From: a phage | Length of the DNA: 64,000 bases | NCBI GenBank assembly: GCA_020619395.1 | Contig: GCA_020619395.1_4860.1 | Reading direction: 5' to 3' (one strand) | Part shown: piece by piece, positions 19,851 through 29,633 of the stretch | Numbering within the stretch: the stretch's first letter is position 1 | Layout of the letters: every line of letters begins with the position of its first letter | Position numbers and translations under genes: made by a program | The notes under the pieces: model-generated | Database searches by the model: none | What the model was told of the DNA's origin: nothing | Seen by the model: the letters and a program-made list of their open reading frames with translations, nothing else

Positions 19851-20651
19851 TTACTTTAAGAGATGCAAGAAGCGTGCTGCCTGTTCTGTAAAGTGAAAAT
19901 ACTCGATGGTATCAGGTTCGTCCGAGTGAATGTCATCCGGGTCCAGCAGGTAGCCCGAGATATCATCCGTTAAAACCCAAGCGTCTCCCTGCAGGAAAAT
20001 ACCCATCGGTTTTTCTACCACGGACATCACCAAGTCGGAATAAGAGTTACCTTCTGCTACCTTTACAATGTCTTCACACGGGTCAACAATATACAGGTTG
20101 CAGAGACTACGATCTTTAAGACTGCGATGAAACATCGCTCGATCGTACCAAATAACCTGAGAACAATTATCTTCGTCACCCGCCACATCGACCAACTCTG
20201 TCCAGAAACGATGTAAGAACCAGTTCAACGCACCGGTTATTAGCTCGTTCGGTTTCAGCATTCTAACGTGTTCGTCGTACAACTCTTCCATTGTCCAGAT
20301 TCGACAATGCTCACGATCGATTGTCGGTAGCGGAGGTATTTGCGGCGGGACTTGTTTAGGCATCGGTTCATCACATCTTGCGTTGTAACGCGCAATTGTT
20401 TCGGTAACCAGCTCTGCCACAACATCACAAGCCGCTTCAAATCCCCACTTGTACAACACGTCGTAATCTTCCATGGGCGCAGCACCAAACTCACGGTTCG
20501 TTGCCATCCACGACATCCATCCGTATTGCTCCACACAGTTAATCAGACTTTGTGTGTGGAGCGTGAGCGATTCACTCACGACTCGCAACATGTTACACCT
20601 CTTCTTCTCGCAGTATGCGACGGTTTGCGTAATACGCACACCACAACCCAT
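19851..20651 (-). CDS. hypothetical protein
   Basis: 266-aa ORF. Confidence 0.5.
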   Translation of the reverse strand: MGCGVRITQTVAYCEKKRCNMLRVVSESLTLHTQSLINCVEQYGWMSWMATNREFGAAPMEDYDVLYKWGFEAACDVVAELVTETIARYNARCDEPMPKQVPPQIPPLPTIDREHCRIWTMEELYDEHVRMLKPNELITGALNWFLHRFWTELVDVAGDEDNCSQVIWYDRAMFHRSLKDRSLCNLYIVDPCEDIVKVAEGNSYSDLVMSVVEKPMGIFLQGDAWVLTDDISGYLLDPDDIHSDEPDTIEYFHFTEQAARFLHLLK

Positions 20652-22107
20652 GATACTCTTTACCGATATAGATTAAGAAGTAACGGATGTAGTATTTTTC
20701 AGGACGACACACCGCGATGTAATAACGGCCTTCGGGTTCTTTAATACGGTTGATTTCCGTACGTGATGGAATATCGATACCGCGAGTCAAAATAACCGAG
20801 ACCGGTCGTTTACCCATCGGAAAGTCAATCTTTAACGTTATTGACTTATCGACGCTACGGTAGTATTCCTTAACAGGCTTACCTTTGTCATCGAACAACA
20901 AGTCAGTAATATCATTTAAGACATAACCCTTTTCCTGATGCAGAACATCTCTCAACGTTGTAGCGAGTTCGTCACGAATATCGAGCGCACGGTACGACAA
21001 TAAGGGCGGGCGAAGCATTCTGGAGATGGCCAGGTCTTCAAAGAACCAGACATTGGAATCTTCCCCACTGAAATGCATCTTGTCTGCCGGTAATCCATCA
21101 CCTGCCACGTCAACGAACTTCTTACGTTTAACGAACTCATTGTTAACAACACCGATTGGATCATACTGCCGCATCTTCGGTGTATCTTTCCATGCCAGGG
21201 CGGCGTGGTTGTTTACAATCGTGTAGATGTTATCCCACGGTTGTTTAGTGAACATTACGGAAAAGTGTGCATCAGGAATCATTTTCCCAATAAACACCAA
21301 GTCGTCCTTGTTCTTTGCATGGTTGCCACCAAACATGTAATAGAAAGTTTCATCTTTCACTTTTACAGTAGGATGGTCCTCGTTCACCAACGGATAGCAA
21401 TATTTAACCGTACAAATCGGCGGATATGCCGCAAGGTTCATCCCAGCGGCGATGGGCTCGGGTTCCGCGGATGCAGGCAACTCGTCCTTCGACCAGTACG
21501 GCTGATATGGAACACCGTCGTTGGTCGCTGTGATGGCTGAACCTTTTCTAGCCAATTCGTCCGCCCGGTCGTTACCGTAGTGGCCGGAGTGTCCTTTGAT
21601 TTTGATAACCTTAACACCCCGTCCTTCTTTTTTCATCTGCTGTTTGATTTCCCAGATACGAACAATAAGTTCTTTGTTCGCCAGCGGAGTACCATCAGCA
21701 CGAACCCAACCACGTTTATGCCAGCCGTCTATCCACTCGTTAAAAGTGTTTACAACGTAACTGGCATCCACGTAGATGATATAGTTCTTCGCGCGGAAGG
21801 GCGCATTCTCAAACAACGTGATGAAGGCGATTAACTCGCCCACATCTGAGTAGAACTCTTTCGGAACGGGAATAACGGCGTCGACAAATTGAACGGTGTC
21901 CGGCAACTCCGGACACTTCACATCCTGCGGCACTTTTTTGTATCCAACAGTGGTAATCCGTTCTGAAACACCCGGATGGCTATAAGCCTGACTGTCTTCC
22001 AAATCTCCGTTGTTGAATAAATAACCATGAATACCAGCCCCCGAACCTTTCGGGGACTCAGTATGACTACCATCGGTATAAATAACCGCTACGTCGACGT
22101 CTTTCAT
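20593..22107 (-). CDS. RNase HI domain protein fused to about 310-aa uncharacterised C-terminal domain
   Basis: N-terminal about 190 aa carry RNase HI hallmarks: YTDGS, YVDASY, WHKRGW, GHSGHYGNDRADELAR (DEDD catalytic positions conserved). Confidence 0.8.
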   Translation of the reverse strand: MKDVDVAVIYTDGSHTESPKGSGAGIHGYLFNNGDLEDSQAYSHPGVSERITTVGYKKVPQDVKCPELPDTVQFVDAVIPVPKEFYSDVGELIAFITLFENAPFRAKNYIIYVDASYVVNTFNEWIDGWHKRGWVRADGTPLANKELIVRIWEIKQQMKKEGRGVKVIKIKGHSGHYGNDRADELARKGSAITATNDGVPYQPYWSKDELPASAEPEPIAAGMNLAAYPPICTVKYCYPLVNEDHPTVKVKDETFYYMFGGNHAKNKDDLVFIGKMIPDAHFSVMFTKQPWDNIYTIVNNHAALAWKDTPKMRQYDPIGVVNNEFVKRKKFVDVAGDGLPADKMHFSGEDSNVWFFEDLAISRMLRPPLLSYRALDIRDELATTLRDVLHQEKGYVLNDITDLLFDDKGKPVKEYYRSVDKSITLKIDFPMGKRPVSVILTRGIDIPSRTEINRIKEPEGRYYIAVCRPEKYYIRYFLIYIGKEYHGLWCAYYANRRILREEEV

Positions 22108-22826
22108 TATTCTCCTCGCAACTGCGGTGGAATGTATTCACCTGTGCACATTTCGCGGTGGGCTTCTAACATGCGTTCGAAGCCGTACGTACGCGCGACC
22201 AGGGCCAAATGATAGATGCGTGCCGTAGAATACGCTTCCTTCGCAGCATCAAAGCTAGCGTTATGCTCGTACGCTTCTTTGCCACGGGTCCAATGGTGCG
22301 CTTCTGCGTGCCAGTTCGGTTCCAGGCCAAACGCATATGCAATACGTTCTGCAGTCCGGTCAGAGTCCAATATAGAAAACTTGCGGTACTTGCCCGGCGG
22401 GATATCGCACTGCGCGAATGCGTTCATCAGAATTGGAGCATCGAAATCGGGACCGCGCATGGTGATAACCATTTTCACGTTGCCCAGATCATCCAACCAT
22501 TTTTTGGCCGCCCACAGTGCTTCTGGCAGTGGAGTGGTCCCAGAAAACGCTTCAATACGTGCTTTCTCGCTCGGTGCGTATTCGGGGTCGCCTTTACCTT
22601 CCCAATAACCGACCGTTTGTGGATCGATGTAGAAGATTTCTTTTGCTTTTGCATCATTGGGGTCGATTTTGTGGTAACATGAACCGATCATTTTCATTGT
22701 CGGAACATCGAATGCCACGTTTGCCAACGTTAAGATGTAGGCATCTGGACGTAAAGCCAGGGTCTCTAAGTCCGTCCCAACAACAACGGTGGGCGTTAAA
22801 ACAGGCAGAATTTTAGGATATGTCAT
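22107..22826 (-). CDS. putative DEDDh-type 3'-5' exonuclease
   Basis: motifs VVGTDLET (Exo I), PDFDAPIL (Exo II), H-x4-D in EHNASFDAAKEAY (Exo III). Confidence 0.6.
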   Translation of the reverse strand: MTYPKILPVLTPTVVVGTDLETLALRPDAYILTLANVAFDVPTMKMIGSCYHKIDPNDAKAKEIFYIDPQTVGYWEGKGDPEYAPSEKARIEAFSGTTPLPEALWAAKKWLDDLGNVKMVITMRGPDFDAPILMNAFAQCDIPPGKYRKFSILDSDRTAERIAYAFGLEPNWHAEAHHWTRGKEAYEHNASFDAAKEAYSTARIYHLALVARTYGFERMLEAHREMCTGEYIPPQLRGE

Positions 22827-22869
22827 TTCAACTCTCCACGAGATTATATATCACACTATTGACTATTAA

Positions 22870-22910
22870 CGTAAAAAAGGAAATCCCCTCTTACCCGAAG
22901 GTAAGAGGGA
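22870..22910 (-). terminator. rho-independent terminator
   Basis: stem ccctcttacc/ggtaagaggg with cgaa loop; T-run on minus. Confidence 0.6.
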
Positions 22911-22914
22911 GTTT

Positions 22915-23394
22915 TCATTGCACAAGGCAACTACTTTTGTGCCGTTCGTAGGCATGATTAAAAGACTCTCTGTCTTCGCGATAGCTGCGAATGAGAGACT
23001 TAATCTGTCGTGACAAATCACGACTAATGTCCTGAGGGCTACGAGAACCAGGGTCGAGATATATCCCGGAGGGTATATCATGAAGAGTGGGGCGAATAAA
23101 CTCTTCACAAAGCGGTGCGGCCATCGGGGTGCGCCACCCCTTAGCTTCTGCGTAATTGTTCAACGACTTAGCGTACAGATAAACGTAATAAGCATAAGCG
23201 TTCACATCCGCAACAAACATTTTCCCTGCCAGCTTTTTCGCCTCAGGACTGTTCCCACCAGCATAAACTGGTGGGTGTTCTAAAGGACGAAAAGGCCAAT
23301 CTCCGGTTGAGGAGTAATCTGGGTCTACGTGACGGATGACCCCAGGACATCCTGTCAACAATAGCACCAGTATCGCCACCAAAAATAACTTCAT
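22915..23394 (-). CDS. putative outer-membrane lipoprotein (o-spanin candidate)
   Basis: N-terminal signal with lipobox LLLTGC; immediately downstream of a type-II membrane protein. Confidence 0.45.
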   Translation of the reverse strand: MKLFLVAILVLLLTGCPGVIRHVDPDYSSTGDWPFRPLEHPPVYAGGNSPEAKKLAGKMFVADVNAYAYYVYLYAKSLNNYAEAKGWRTPMAAPLCEEFIRPTLHDIPSGIYLDPGSRSPQDISRDLSRQIKSLIRSYREDRESFNHAYERHKSSCLVQ

Positions 23395-23403
23395 GTATGC
23401 TCC

Positions 23404-23919
23404 TCATGGATTATTAAGCGTACTGATAATCTCCTGTCGGAAATCATTTGCCTCCTGCGACCCTACCGGGCGAGAAGCGGCCTGGTATTTCTTGGCAGGT
23501 GGGCTAGACGGATTTAACGGTGCCGGCGGTGTTACCGGCTTGAGTTCTACAGGCGGAACCGCGGCCTCAGTGCCTGTTCCTGTTGGAGATTTGGTACCAT
23601 CATATGGCGGTCGAGAACCCAGGCACGTGAAGAGACGATCGTACAACTTATTGTTCTCCACTTCGCCATGATCGGACTTCTCTTTTAGCTCCTTATAGGA
23701 TATCTCCAGATACTGAGTACGCGATTGAACGCTAACCAGTGTGTGGTATTGAACAATGTAGGCGTATGAGACAAATGCAGAGAACGCGATCAGTGCCACT
23801 ATCACTAGTGTCACTATTTTCCCGGCTCGTGTTACTTTCTCCCCCTCGCCCGGTTTAAATGCTTCCCACAGCATTTGTAAGAATGGAAGCAGTTTGAAAA
23901 CTGATGCTATCATGCTCAC
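23404..23919 (-). CDS. putative i-spanin-like membrane protein
   Basis: one hydrophobic TM segment (IVTLVIVALIAFSAFVSYAYIV), then predicted helical region and Pro-rich C-terminus. Confidence 0.4.
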   Translation of the reverse strand: MSMIASVFKLLPFLQMLWEAFKPGEGEKVTRAGKIVTLVIVALIAFSAFVSYAYIVQYHTLVSVQSRTQYLEISYKELKEKSDHGEVENNKLYDRLFTCLGSRPPYDGTKSPTGTGTEAAVPPVELKPVTPPAPLNPSSPPAKKYQAASRPVGSQEANDFRQEIISTLNNP

Positions 23920-23937
23920 CTCGGAGAGTTTTTAATT

Positions 23938-25317
23938 ATGTATGATTTACAAGGCTTTATTCAAATAGCGGCTCTGATTGATAATGGCCCTGGCAACACC
24001 GCTCCGGTAGGTGAGTTGTCTGAGCTGTCATATTCGTTCGCTAAAAGCAAGCAGTATTTTACTAAAGAAAATCTGCAGGTGGAACTGGTTGCTTTTACTT
24101 CTAAACGTGACGAGTTGCCTATTAAGACCCCGGCCGTCTTTAGCGACCACGTTCTTACTGTTTCCCAATGGATCTACCAACAGTCTATCCTGGGCAACTT
24201 AAGAAACGACGAAGTTGAATTCCAGCGTTTGCTGTTGGGGCAATTTAATAGCGTCATCAGCGGTGTTCAGTCTGGCGCGATGATTCAGACTAACAGTAAC
24301 TGGTTCCCACGTTGGGTCAGTTGGAAACTTGAAACCACAGCAGATAAAGTCGAAGACCCATCTGATGTGAATAACCAGATTATTCTCTGGTTTGCTGATG
24401 AAGATTTCAATCAGGACTATACCGGATTTGAAATTGAAGTCCAAATGCCGATATTACCGGTTGATACTTTCTTGGCTGTGAAATCTGTAGTCGAAAAGGC
24501 AATGGAAGGGTTCAACCTTCCGGATCACCATAATAAGATTAACGAATTAGCTGACGGTTATCCGTACACTAGCCTGATTACTAACATCTATACTTGGCAC
24601 GACCAGGAAGACTTTGATTCCACCTTACCGATACCGATGTCGGCTATCATCTACGGACGCGCGGGTCGTAACCCGAGCAGGATTAAACAAGCGTTACGTG
24701 ATTACATTTTGGCAAACTCCAGTTTTACTGTGGCGTTGGGTGTCAAGGTGTTCCCAGAAATCTTTACGACCACCAAGTTCACAATTGTTCCCGGTTGGTC
24801 AATTCGTGGGATTCCAAATGAGGAAGATGTTGCGGCATTATACTCGCCGATTCTCCCATATGATTTCTGGGTCAAAGCAATCTCCCGATTTGGGGAGTGG
24901 ACTGTTCAAACCATTACGGAAAAAAATAGTGGAGCAATCTCAACTCCAACTACCGATGTAACGGATTTACCGTCCATCTATAAATCACTAAACGCTGTAG
25001 TTATCGCAGGCCCTGAAAACGATTCACGCAAAACGACCCTGCACGATACGATTCCCGACTACGCATTAATCGGCACTAACAATGCAGATATTGCGAGAAT
25101 GTCGAAGAAAACCACCGAGTGGCTGGACTTGTTCTTCCAGGCGTTAATCGCAGCGGAAGAGTATCACCCACATTCCACCCCGCTGGATATCGTGAAGCTC
25201 GTAGACGACGTCGATCCTAACGTTTACTTCTACGTCTTCGAATTCGATAACGTGGAGTATCGTGTCTTGGCCCGCAAAGCTGTTTGGGATGTCCCTGCGG
25301 CAGAGCCAGAAGCCTAA
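23938..25317 (+). CDS. hypothetical protein
   Basis: 459-aa ORF on plus strand; ATG with AT-rich leader. Confidence 0.6.
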   Translation: MYDLQGFIQIAALIDNGPGNTAPVGELSELSYSFAKSKQYFTKENLQVELVAFTSKRDELPIKTPAVFSDHVLTVSQWIYQQSILGNLRNDEVEFQRLLLGQFNSVISGVQSGAMIQTNSNWFPRWVSWKLETTADKVEDPSDVNNQIILWFADEDFNQDYTGFEIEVQMPILPVDTFLAVKSVVEKAMEGFNLPDHHNKINELADGYPYTSLITNIYTWHDQEDFDSTLPIPMSAIIYGRAGRNPSRIKQALRDYILANSSFTVALGVKVFPEIFTTTKFTIVPGWSIRGIPNEEDVAALYSPILPYDFWVKAISRFGEWTVQTITEKNSGAISTPTTDVTDLPSIYKSLNAVVIAGPENDSRKTTLHDTIPDYALIGTNNADIARMSKKTTEWLDLFFQALIAAEEYHPHSTPLDIVKLVDDVDPNVYFYVFEFDNVEYRVLARKAVWDVPAAEPEA

Positions 25318-25327
25318 GGAGGGTTAA

Positions 25328-25951
25328 ATGGCACAACTGTTGCCTAACACGCCTCAGGTTAACCTTGAGGGGTTGTTCAAGGTTAAGGCACCTTATACGT
25401 TGCCAGATAAAGTGATTTACCGTGTTGACGCGGTACAGAACTTTCCGAAACTCCAACGTAATAATATTGACGTTTATAACAAGTATTATAAACCTGTCGG
25501 CCTAACTCGTGACGACTATATCAGCGACGCTAATGTCGAAGCCTCGATTGTAACATTAAAGTCGAGGGACGGTCAAGTCTACGAGTTGCCTGATACGTAC
25601 ATTGAGACGTATCCTGGACTGAACGGGTTAAATTATAGACGCAATGTGGTGGTTATTGACCTGGCATTAATACCCGAATACGTCGATGTCACACTGCTAA
25701 CGAACGACCTGAAAAGCATCTTAGAACGCGGTTTAGGAATCGATGCACGTGTGGACATCACATCGATGGATTACGAAGGGACGGTGACGGAAGAAGAACA
25801 CTTGCAAATGGAAGCGGTGCGTAAAGCCAAAATCCGTGAGCAGGTTCCTCTGACAGAACAAGTTGCAACACTCACTAAGCAGAATCAAGAACTGCAGGCG
25901 TTGAATGATGCGATGTTGAAAATCCTGAAAGATAACGGGTTAACAAATTAA
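25328..25951 (+). CDS. hypothetical protein
   Basis: 207-aa ORF with SD-like aaggagg upstream; followed by strong terminator. Confidence 0.6.
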   Translation: MAQLLPNTPQVNLEGLFKVKAPYTLPDKVIYRVDAVQNFPKLQRNNIDVYNKYYKPVGLTRDDYISDANVEASIVTLKSRDGQVYELPDTYIETYPGLNGLNYRRNVVVIDLALIPEYVDVTLLTNDLKSILERGLGIDARVDITSMDYEGTVTEEEHLQMEAVRKAKIREQVPLTEQVATLTKQNQELQALNDAMLKILKDNGLTN

Positions 25952-25964
25952 AGAAAAAAAAGAA

Positions 25965-26005
25965 CTACCTACTCCCTTGGGAGTAGGTAGGCTTTTATTT
26001 TTTAT
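25965..26005. terminator. rho-independent terminator (CCTACTCCC/GGGAGTAGG family)
   Basis: GC stem plus T-run; A-run upstream allows bidirectional function. Confidence 0.65.
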
Positions 26006-26009
26006 CGCA

Positions 26010-27167
26010 TTACTTGCCGATAATTTCACGCATCATTGCTTTGATTGTGGCAGCAGTACGTTTCTTTTTCGGCTGCTTGCGGATTTCCGCGTACAGCTTA
26101 TCCAGGTTCAGAGTTTTCTGTACCTGTGCAGCGATATGCATTTGCTCTTCGTCGATTTTCACTTCGACGGTCTGCTCCTGCATCTTGCCCAGTTCCTGAA
26201 TAACGCTGGCAACCGATACCGGATATGCGGTTGATTTCGGACGCTCAATGCCGAGGGTGATGAAGATTTCATCATCGATGAACACGTTTTCGATATCAGC
26301 CAGGTTTTCCAGAATGATTTCATCGTGGTCTTCATCTTCCGACGCATTCGGGTATGGACGTTTGTAGGTGTAATCCCACACGTCATAACCGAGTTTATCT
26401 GCGAGTTGTACGAAACCTTCCCAGGTTACTTCGCCGGGGTTGATAGTCTGGCCACGGAAACCGGGGTTGGCCGTAAAGACTTTCACCCAGTCGATGTTCG
26501 CGATGTTACGACACTCTTCCAGCGGCGCGTAACGATCTCCCACTTCGTCATTGTCAGTCTCTTCAACATGCTCTGCTTCACAACGCTCGAAAGTAACTGA
26601 GTGTGGTTTACCGTCGCCGAAGATAACGGAGGCAGCACGCCAGTCTTCGATAGTCCACTGGACATGAGTCAATTCAATGTAACAATGCCCAACCTTAGCA
26701 CGGCCTTGTGGGGCACTTACTGGTTTAATCAACTCACCTGGTTCGAAGAAGAATCCGTCAGAATGTGCAATGGCATACCAGACACCATCAACACCTTCAA
26801 CGAGAATAGACCAGTTATAAGGCGCGTGGCAATTTTGGAAAGCTACGCCCAGCATACTTCCCCAACGGTCATCTGGCGAATATTTCAGCGGCGGCAGGTT
26901 ATCAAACTGAAGAGTTTGAGAAGAAAGGCACAACTTATTACGCAGGTGCGGCAGCGGCAGATAAGCCTCCACATTGTTATCGACCAGCGCATTGTAAAGA
27001 TCCGGGTTGATAACACCGGTGCCAGTGACGTGTTGTGCAATCAGAGCTTCTGAATATGCACGAATACCCTCGTAGCTAAGCACATACGCACGGTCACGTA
27101 CTACACGAGCCATATCTTCGATTACGGAAATTGGAAATTGCATGTTAATAGTCCTTATAAAAGTCAA
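26010..27167 (-). CDS. hypothetical protein
   Basis: 385-aa ORF. Confidence 0.55.
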   Translation of the reverse strand: MTFIRTINMQFPISVIEDMARVVRDRAYVLSYEGIRAYSEALIAQHVTGTGVINPDLYNALVDNNVEAYLPLPHLRNKLCLSSQTLQFDNLPPLKYSPDDRWGSMLGVAFQNCHAPYNWSILVEGVDGVWYAIAHSDGFFFEPGELIKPVSAPQGRAKVGHCYIELTHVQWTIEDWRAASVIFGDGKPHSVTFERCEAEHVEETDNDEVGDRYAPLEECRNIANIDWVKVFTANPGFRGQTINPGEVTWEGFVQLADKLGYDVWDYTYKRPYPNASEDEDHDEIILENLADIENVFIDDEIFITLGIERPKSTAYPVSVASVIQELGKMQEQTVEVKIDEEQMHIAAQVQKTLNLDKLYAEIRKQPKKKRTAATIKAMMREIIGK

Positions 27168-27203
27168 TGGTATTTTCAGATGATTAGTTACTGCTGTAAA
27201 AAA

Positions 27204-27470
27204 CTAGTTACGGTCGGAATTAAAGACGTGCCAGGTACTCCGCCAGCGAAAGAATCGGGTTATGAAACCACGTATGTGGTAGCCTGAGAACAACATCCAG
27301 ATGGTAAGAAAGAGTTGCGCCCATGGAGACGTGAGTTCCATCAGATGCGCGACAATCGCACCGATCACCAACATTACCGTAGAGAATAACAAACTATACA
27401 TCATCGGAATGTTGTGGCTATAGCGTTTCTCCATCCAGTAGAGAATATTTATTAAACGTTTCACGAACAC
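27204..27470 (-). CDS. small membrane protein (2 predicted TM helices; holin-like candidate)
   Basis: 88 aa with two hydrophobic stretches and basic C-terminus. Confidence 0.4.
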   Translation of the reverse strand: MFVKRLINILYWMEKRYSHNIPMMYSLLFSTVMLVIGAIVAHLMELTSPWAQLFLTIWMLFSGYHIRGFITRFFRWRSTWHVFNSDRN

Positions 27471-27479
27471 ACACCCAAG

Positions 27480-27517
27480 AATTAAATAAAAGGTGGTCAG
27501 ACCCGAAGGTCTGACCG
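27480..27517 (-). terminator. rho-independent terminator
   Basis: stem ggtcagacc/ggtctgacc with cgaa loop, T-run on minus. Confidence 0.6.
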
Positions 27518-27521
27518 TTAA

Positions 27522-28115
27522 TTACGCTTCGGCCTCAAAGAACGGCTGGTTCGGTACCACTGCATATTCGAGCACGAAAAGATGTTCTGGGGCATCTTCT
27601 GCTCGCCACAGTTTGTGGCACGTTGCCAGTTTTTCCAGGATGGTCAACCAGCTGAGCTGGCAGAAAGCACGATCGCCGAAGAACAGTTTCTGCAGTGCAA
27701 TCGACACATCCATATACGCCTGTTTGAAGTCGAGTTCTTTATCGTAACCCGCCGACTGTCGCCACGTCAGCACGAAGCCTGCTTCGGTTTCGTTAATTGC
27801 TGGACGTAAACCACAAATCCACATCAGCGCCAGATTAACGTTCCAGTCGAATTCGATACCTTCGTCTTCGTCATCACCAAACGCCGCGTTTAACGCGTCG
27901 TAGAAACCGTGGTTCTCTGCGAACCATTCGCCGTACTCAACGTAGACAGGTGCTTCGACAGCTTCCCCATCGGCTTCACCGATAGGACGCTCAACGTAGT
28001 TCGGATTGGTTTGAACGTGTTCCGCACCCGCGCGAATCAGTTCGTAAACGTCTTTGGCGGTGATTTGTGCGGCTGTTTTAAGACCTGGATACCAGGGGCG
28101 TGTTACGAGTGTCAA
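27522..28115 (-). CDS. hypothetical protein
   Basis: 197-aa ORF. Confidence 0.5.
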   Translation of the reverse strand: MTLVTRPWYPGLKTAAQITAKDVYELIRAGAEHVQTNPNYVERPIGEADGEAVEAPVYVEYGEWFAENHGFYDALNAAFGDDEDEGIEFDWNVNLALMWICGLRPAINETEAGFVLTWRQSAGYDKELDFKQAYMDVSIALQKLFFGDRAFCQLSWLTILEKLATCHKLWRAEDAPEHLFVLEYAVVPNQPFFEAEA

Positions 28116-28834
28116 AGCAATGCTCCTTTCATGATAGTGTTATTTGCCAGTAATGTACCGGCCGCAGGTGATATTTTGGTGTACAGCGTATCCCAGATTT
28201 TCTGAAGTTCGGCGACGCGTTGGTCGTGGTCTTCCTTCGCAAAAGCAAGCTGACGTGTTTCAGCTTTCGGTGGTGTCATTTTCGCACCGTAGAATGCTGC
28301 GTCTTTTCGGTAGCTGGCCATCCAGCGTTTCCCGACCGGTGATTTCTTTTTAATCATCGCAACAGCAGCACCCTCACCGAAGCGGTAGCCTAAAGCGATT
28401 TCGGCTGTGCTCGGCTTGCGTTTGAGTTGTTTTGTCAGATGATCCTCGATGTGTTTCATGTAAACGGCAGCAAGCTGTACAGCATATTTCGGTTTATTAA
28501 GGTCCGCATTCTTTGGGATGTTAAGTTGTTTCCCATACAGACGTATCATGGAGCGTTTAGTGCCTGTCGTCATTTGGACAACACTACTAGCACTGCTCGT
28601 TTTATTCTTACCCACGTTTTTATTAAAACGGGATTCACGATAAATGGTGGTCGCGAGCATCCCGGCATGTACGCCTTGTTTTCGAGATGCGGTGACGATG
28701 AGAGGTTTAATCTCATTGAACTGGTCCTGGATAAGGACGAATTCTTTTTGGTGTTTGTTACTGGTGGTCTGGTAAGAAGCGTTGCTGTTGAACGTAGTCA
28801 TTGCTACCAGAAGAAATAAAATGGTGCGAAACAT
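28112..28834 (-). CDS. secreted protein, possible SLT-like lytic transglycosylase
   Basis: N-terminal signal peptide (MFRTILFLLVAMTTFNSNA); YRESRFN...SSVVQMTTGT loosely fits the SLT catalytic E-S...Q motif. Confidence 0.4.
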   Translation of the reverse strand: MFRTILFLLVAMTTFNSNASYQTTSNKHQKEFVLIQDQFNEIKPLIVTASRKQGVHAGMLATTIYRESRFNKNVGKNKTSSASSVVQMTTGTKRSMIRLYGKQLNIPKNADLNKPKYAVQLAAVYMKHIEDHLTKQLKRKPSTAEIALGYRFGEGAAVAMIKKKSPVGKRWMASYRKDAAFYGAKMTPPKAETRQLAFAKEDHDQRVAELQKIWDTLYTKISPAAGTLLANNTIMKGALL

Positions 28835-28924
28835 GGATGTATCTCCAAACGGATTTATACTTTTCCGTTCCCAATCCGGGAAGACGGCGCGGACGGCATT
28901 GTGCTCCTTTGTAATGTGCCCTGA

Positions 28925-28940
28925 TGATAATATCTATTTG
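28925..28940. promoter_or_regulatory. palindromic motif TGATAATATCTATTTG
   Basis: GATAATATC palindrome core in intergenic region upstream of 28834. Confidence 0.35.
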
Positions 28941-29434
28941 AAACTATTTGGGATGATTTTCTCTGCTTCCCTCAGCAGGGTGTCCGGTAAATAGAATCGA
29001 TAAGTCTGCTCCGTGTGCTGTAGTCGTTTCTGTAAGTGTATAAAGATTTCCAATCGCTCATGGTAACGTAACCAACCGTTAGCCATCCCTAGGGGCGGTA
29101 TCGCAATCCCTCCTTCTAAGTCTTCCCCTAGTCGCGCCAGCGCATCAATGCCGGACGTGACATAGTAAATCTGCGATTTATAGCGAAAATGGGTTTTAGT
29201 AGGAAGGAGTATTACCCCTTCCTCAGGATAACAATAGACCTCACCGATAACGATTTGCTCTTTACGGCATTTCTGGCGATAGTCATTATAAAGCGATGGG
29301 AAGCGTTCTCGGCACGCCAAGGCAATGCCCCTTCCCATTGCACCAACGCAGTTAACTGTAACGACCTTGAAGCGCTCAGGCGCGTTAAACAAGTCGTGGG
29401 AGATAACGGCCTCGTCGATCAGTTCGAGTGACAT
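28934..29434 (-). CDS. macro-domain protein (OARD1/TARG1-like ADP-ribose processing; candidate anti-defence)
   Basis: VNCVGAMGRGIALACRERFP matches the macro-domain G-x-G-I-A signature. Confidence 0.45.
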   Translation of the reverse strand: MSLELIDEAVISHDLFNAPERFKVVTVNCVGAMGRGIALACRERFPSLYNDYRQKCRKEQIVIGEVYCYPEEGVILLPTKTHFRYKSQIYYVTSGIDALARLGEDLEGGIAIPPLGMANGWLRYHERLEIFIHLQKRLQHTEQTYRFYLPDTLLREAEKIIPNSFK

Positions 29435-29633
29435 CTATTGCCATACCCCATTGTGAAATAACCGGAGACTGAAGCAACGATTCCAGCTCAGTAAGAACTC
29501 TGGCTTTTGCTTCTTCGCGCAACTTACGGACTTCCGGGTCAGGTTTGACTGCGCCCAAATATTGGGGTTCTGTTTGTGGGGTAGGGAAGCCACAGAAAGA
29601 ACCAACCGTTATTCCGATGATTGTTTTTTGCAT
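29385..29633 (-). CDS. hypothetical small protein
   Basis: 82-aa ORF; 50-nt overlap with downstream gene, start uncertain. Confidence 0.35.
   Translation of the reverse strand: MQKTIIGITVGSFCGFPTPQTEPQYLGAVKPDPEVRKLREEAKARVLTELESLLQSPVISQWGMAIDVTRTDRRGRYLPRLV

Noticed and set aside
22841-22872. Plus-strand sigma70-like TTGACT element
   Set aside because: Neighbouring genes are on the minus strand; the region is better explained as the minus-strand promoter (GATATATAAT) and terminator for flanking genes.
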